A stretch of DNA of 64,000 nt. Source: Pavona decussata. Lineage: Eukaryota. The stretch is taken from the NCBI GenBank assembly GCA_977016875.1, contig CDRNST010000110.1, positions 434,001-498,000 of the forward strand, given 5' to 3'. Both the position numbers and the translations under genes were made by a program. This document shows, piece after piece, positions 59,545-64,000 of the stretch. The notes under the pieces were generated by a model. That model was not told where the DNA came from. It did no database searches and worked only from the letters and a program-made list of their open reading frames with translations. Numbering within the stretch: position 1 is the stretch's first letter; each line of letters begins with the position of its first letter.

Positions 59545-61335
59545 TAAACTGAAGTTCACGTGCCATACGCCTGCTCGCAATGCGTTCAGCGGATTTCCGC
59601 TAACGCCAAAGTTCCTTTGGAGAGGGCGGACGCAACAGTCAACTCCTTGACCGAACTCGAAAGGTGAGTTTTTGAGCTTCACCCCAGGTCTTCTACAGCA
59701 ACCTTTGTAAGTAATCTTGCAATATTTATTGAGATAAGTCTTTGGGAATCAAGTTATGTTTCCTTTTGAGATGAAAAAGCTCGACACTGGCAAATATTTT
59801 AAATTACCATATTTTCGCTTTGATAAATATCTCGTGTCATACCATTGTGCAATTCCCAATTGTAAGCTTGAATGGCGCGCAGCGAAATCATACCAAAATG
59901 AGTTTGAGCGTTTGACACTTGCCTCAGAACAAACTCAAACCTTTAAGTCGTTGAAAAATGTGGCCATTACAACTGTAATTTATCAGGTTGAACGAGTTAA
60001 AGCAAAATTCCTCAGATTCAGATGAATGAGAGATATCAGGGGTTCAACAGTGAACACAGCTGCACGTGTGCCTATTGCGTGCAGTAACGGATTGACTCAC
60101 GGAATCGTATTCCACGGAAGACGCAACTATAACAAGTTGGAAGAAGATAGATTTATATACTTCTTTCTTTACTGTTCTTTTCTCGGTAAAACGGTAATGG
60201 AATATTTAAAAACTGTCGATGCTTTGTCATGTAGAACAAGGTTATTGACACATTACTGGAGCTTAATTTGTCAAGGATGCTAATTCAATACATGTCACGC
60301 GTCAAAGGTTGTTTCCGACAAATAAAGGCCACCTTTAGTTGCGATCTTGGCATCAACTGCTGACATTCTTACATTTTGTAGAATAGTACAGATACTCCGT
60401 GTCGAGCAAGTGGCTTATAACAGAGTCTCTAAGACTTTGCATGTACAATAATCCAAGTTCTAAATATATTGGTATTGTAAGACTAAATCTCTTTGATGGA
60501 ACTGATATTTTAAAAGGATTGCCATTATGCCCGGAATTATGTCAAGAATTAACCCACCAGGTCTTGCTTCAAGGTTGACCATTTTATTACTTAAATAATA
60601 TCTTCAGTCGTAATTCTATCTTTTTCTTTTTCCTTTTACAACTCCGTGCAAAACATGGTAACATTCTTGCAGCTTTGTTGGCCTCTTGACATGACAACAG
60701 AAGAAAACACTCACAAGAATGGCTCACACCGAGTAGTAGCTATTTCAATATTTCCGACAACATTCTCAGTCGTTCACAATACACGGTTCGTTTCTGTTCT
60801 TCCGTCAAGTTTCACAAAACTAGAGCAAAATACGGTAAAATTAAGGTGGCTCTGTTTTCGCGCTCCTTCCGAGCCGGGCAACACAAGAGGGCACATAGAA
60901 TGCCCTCAGGCAAACGATCATGATTGATGGGTCCTGATCTTTTCATTTAATTAAACGAATTGGCGTTTATCCTAAAATATTACCGCTCAGGCTGTTTTAT
61001 GATAGCGCATTAGCCTATTTGCTGTCTTTGCTGCGTTTGGGTACACTTGATGGAATTCTACGATTGAATTGTTTTTATTTGCAGTCTCTCGTTGCGTGAT
61101 CCGAATCACTTTATTCCAACCAGTTTCAAACTGTAATTTGCATATGTTTTAATATAATAGCTCGATTTAACATCAGCCTACTATGTCTTAAAAGCAAACT
61201 GGTCGTAGTATCTTTCTGTAATTGTTTCCTTCTATCAAGACGGCTTCATTTTCAGACTTTTCGGCTGTTTGACATTTGTCCTGCGCGTCAGTATTTAAGC
61301 CTCGTGCTCACATACCAGCTCCATTTCAAGGTACG
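59545..61335 (+). other. Diverged paralogous copy of 41480-43190 (probable 5' end of a tandem paralog)
   Basis: 33-nt exact match 41881-41913 = 59998-60030; 42973-42988 = 61089-61104; same donor context. Confidence 0.65.
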
Positions 61336-62655
61336 CCCATGTAATATTGAATTTCTTTGCGCTCAGCCGCTTGCCTTCAGTATTGTTTACAATTAGTGCA
61401 TTGCAAATTCCTGGGGTAACCTATTGTTGTGGGAAAGAGACTTATTTCATAGAAAAAATTCGATTTATGTCTCCATCGACTGAATTCTTAGCCTAACTCA
61501 GATAACTCAATATTAAGTCCGCGCGCAAAGTTACCCTATTTTACACCAGTTGGACGCAAACGTTTGAAACTGATATGTGTAGGTTATTTTCTTTAGTCTG
61601 TCGTGACAAACAAATTGTTTCTGTCACGAATTTTGTATTTAACTGCGCACCTTCTGTTCATGAGGATTTCGAACTCGCGAAGAACAAGTGAAAGAACAAC
61701 AGCAAAGATTACAGCGCAAACAACAACAACTGTACTTAGCATTTCTGGACGTGTAAATGGCATCGCCAAAAACCACAATAATGTAACTGATTGCATCATA
61801 GTGATAAGGAAAAAAAAACCTCATTTTCATTTACTTTCAACACACTTTTAAATGATTGGTTGTAAATTTAAACAGAGATCAGTGATCTTTATAGTTCCAT
61901 TGCTGGATAAGTTTTTTAATTTTCATCAAGACTCACTGTACTCAAACATAATACACAATAGCCAATAATCGTTTCATATGAAGTAAATTAAATTGGGGAA
62001 ATTTGTTACACGGTTTGAATAAGCGACCTTCGTTCATCTTAGTAAAGGGTATAGAAATAATTAAGATTAATAGTATTACCTGTTCTTGTTCTTCTCTCGT
62101 TTTCCAGTAGATTTGTGCTTTTTTTTTTTTTTTCATTTATTGCTTAGCGCATGTACCTTTACATTTAACTTTGACCCATCTATTTCAGTAAAATGGCAAT
62201 TATATTAACAGTTTAACATCGTAAAGGTATAACGAGTAGGCGGTGGTTAAAAAAGCAAGAGATTCAGTAATCTTCCTCTTAGGCAAGGGTCAAAATGATT
62301 GCCAAAGTATTTATTTTGGTACTTTGACAAAATATAATATGACTGGCGAGGTTGGTTTTACCGAGATATAATCGACCTAGAATATCGTTCACGGGCCTGA
62401 TTGGTCGTTATAGCATGCCAAGAAGGAACGATTAGGTATAATTTGACGTTTCCGAACCTCATTGAAATTTTTATATTTCTCCATCCGAGAAGGATTTTCT
62501 CGAATTTCAATAATTCCGCTTTGATCATGCAATGCCGACGTTTTTTTCAGTTCAGATCTGCCAGTCTCGATTGTCAGTGATTGTGTTACTTAGTTCAAAC
62601 GGGACTCGTTTGACACTGGCGTTTCTATCAACAATACTTGTATAAATGCTTTGAC

Positions 62656-63132
62656 AAGGGCTCGAGACTAACCGGTAGCCAACTAGCCACTGACTCACCT
62701 TTCTTTCTAGTAAGTATTGTGCTGTCACTAGCCATTTTGGTTGGTAAAAATTGTAACTGAAGCACTTGAGCGCTGGACAGAAAGCAACTGGACTAAAATT
62801 ATTTAATAATCACAAAAGCAAATCAGGGGAAAAAGACCTATGTTCGCGGAACGCTTTTTGTGCTGCATGCCTAGTACGGCTTTTTCACGTCAAGATCAAT
62901 TTGAAATTTCAATCGCAAATGATGCAATTTGTAATCAGTGAAAAACCTTTACGAGTGAGGGAGGTTTTACTTAAAAATTATTACGCAGCTAATACAAAAT
63001 GTCTGACCTCGCTTCATCCCCTTTTCGATTTAGTGACTCACACCGATGCTAGGGAAAATTTGGTTTTGGCTAGTAAAAACAGACCCGTTACTAGCCACTG
63101 GGCTATGGAGAAAAAGTTAGCCTCTAGCCCTG
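62656..63132. mobile_element. hAT-like MITE
   Basis: agggctcgagactaac / gttagcctctagccctg termini; ctagcca subterminal repeats; TSD not evident. Confidence 0.6.
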
Positions 63133-64000
63133 CTGTCTTTTATCCCTTCCATGGCAAATTAAGCCGGGCAACTGCTTCTAAACCCATCAAAAGGGTTCTG
63201 AATCAAGGTGGCTACGGAGATAAATTTTCGACCATCAAAAAGTTCTTACTAGCTATTTTTGCCATTTCTTAGATATAAGTTGTTTTTATTCTCATCTATC
63301 CGAGGGTTGTCAGCCGGCAGTTGAAAGTTTGGCAATTTGTAGCCATCATTTATATCCCATCAAGCCTCTCCTCTAACTTTAGGATTGTTTTTGACCGGCG
63401 GAGTTGTTCACAAAAGCTCACGAGCGAGGGGTCACGTGCTAATCACTTGCCGCGTCTGCTTTTAGCGCGAAAGTGTGTTTTATTTCGCTGTGTAAATGTT
63501 AGTTTTACATTTCGTTGTAATTCTGTCGCTAACTTGTAAAGGAAGCTTTTATACGAGCTGCAAATATAAAACTTTTCAAGGACTTCTAATCATTGAAAAC
63601 TTATTCACCTACTTGTAAGCAATTTATTTGCCAAAAAAAATTGAAAATTTGCTCGTATGGAACCAGCCTTGACGACAGCTATATCAATACAGTTATTAAT
63701 TGGAAGTAATTTTAATTTCTAACTAAAATACACAATCTTCTTGGTACGAGTTAGTGTATTGAGTTGGGAAGATGTGATCGTTATCAGGTTACGAGCACGA
63801 GACAAAGAAAGATACTGAGTCCACAACAGAAATCGAACTCATGACTCTCCGGCCGCCGGTAAACCAGTCGGATGATCTGATTACTGTTAGCATTTTGGCA
63901 AGCAACGTCATTTACTACGTTGATATGTGCTATGTGTCCTGCATAATGGCAGGATCAGCAATGTTGAAAGCTTCCAGTTTGTCTTTGTATTTAACACAGT

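Noticed and set aside
58754-59682. 135-aa and 218-aa ORFs
   Set aside because: They arise from palindromic subterminal repeats of a Harbinger-like MITE and show no coherent protein domain.
62766-63272. 168-aa ORF
   Set aside because: Mostly overlaps an hAT-like MITE, has a TTG start and shows no protein-like motifs.

Overview
Eukaryotic, intron-rich, repeat-rich DNA with six N-gaps. The SINE, MITE and Penelope repertoire suggests a cnidarian, probably a stony coral (inference). (1) 864-21299 (+): a complete 14-exon, six-domain multicopper oxidase of the ceruloplasmin/hephaestin family. The spliced CDS is 3366 nt (1121 aa), every intron is GT-AG and phases are consistent. The trinuclear cluster and the domain-4 and domain-6 type-1 Cu sites are intact. 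The domain-2 T1 site has His->Asn, most canonical Fe(II)-binding residues are replaced, and the C-terminus looks like a GPI signal. (2) 22.5-31.7 kb: a multi-layer nest of mobile elements (TIR element carrying a Crypton-like relic > Penelope > TTAA MITE > second Penelope). Its core holds one copy of a 3.5-kb segment that is repeated at 34.0-37.6 kb. That segment contains a decayed 2A-like/PHD/APE LINE 5' end and a promoter-like region with a first exon. (3) 48492-51750 (+): an unnamed 3-coding-exon gene (~557 aa) with a long disordered N-terminus and a C-terminal Zn-binding domain that resembles a transposase DNA-binding domain. Its candidate non-coding first exon and intron (41.5-43.2 kb) have a diverged paralogous copy at 59.5-61.3 kb, which points to a tandem paralog beyond the window. 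The rest is SINEs, LINE fragments, MITEs and microsatellites.
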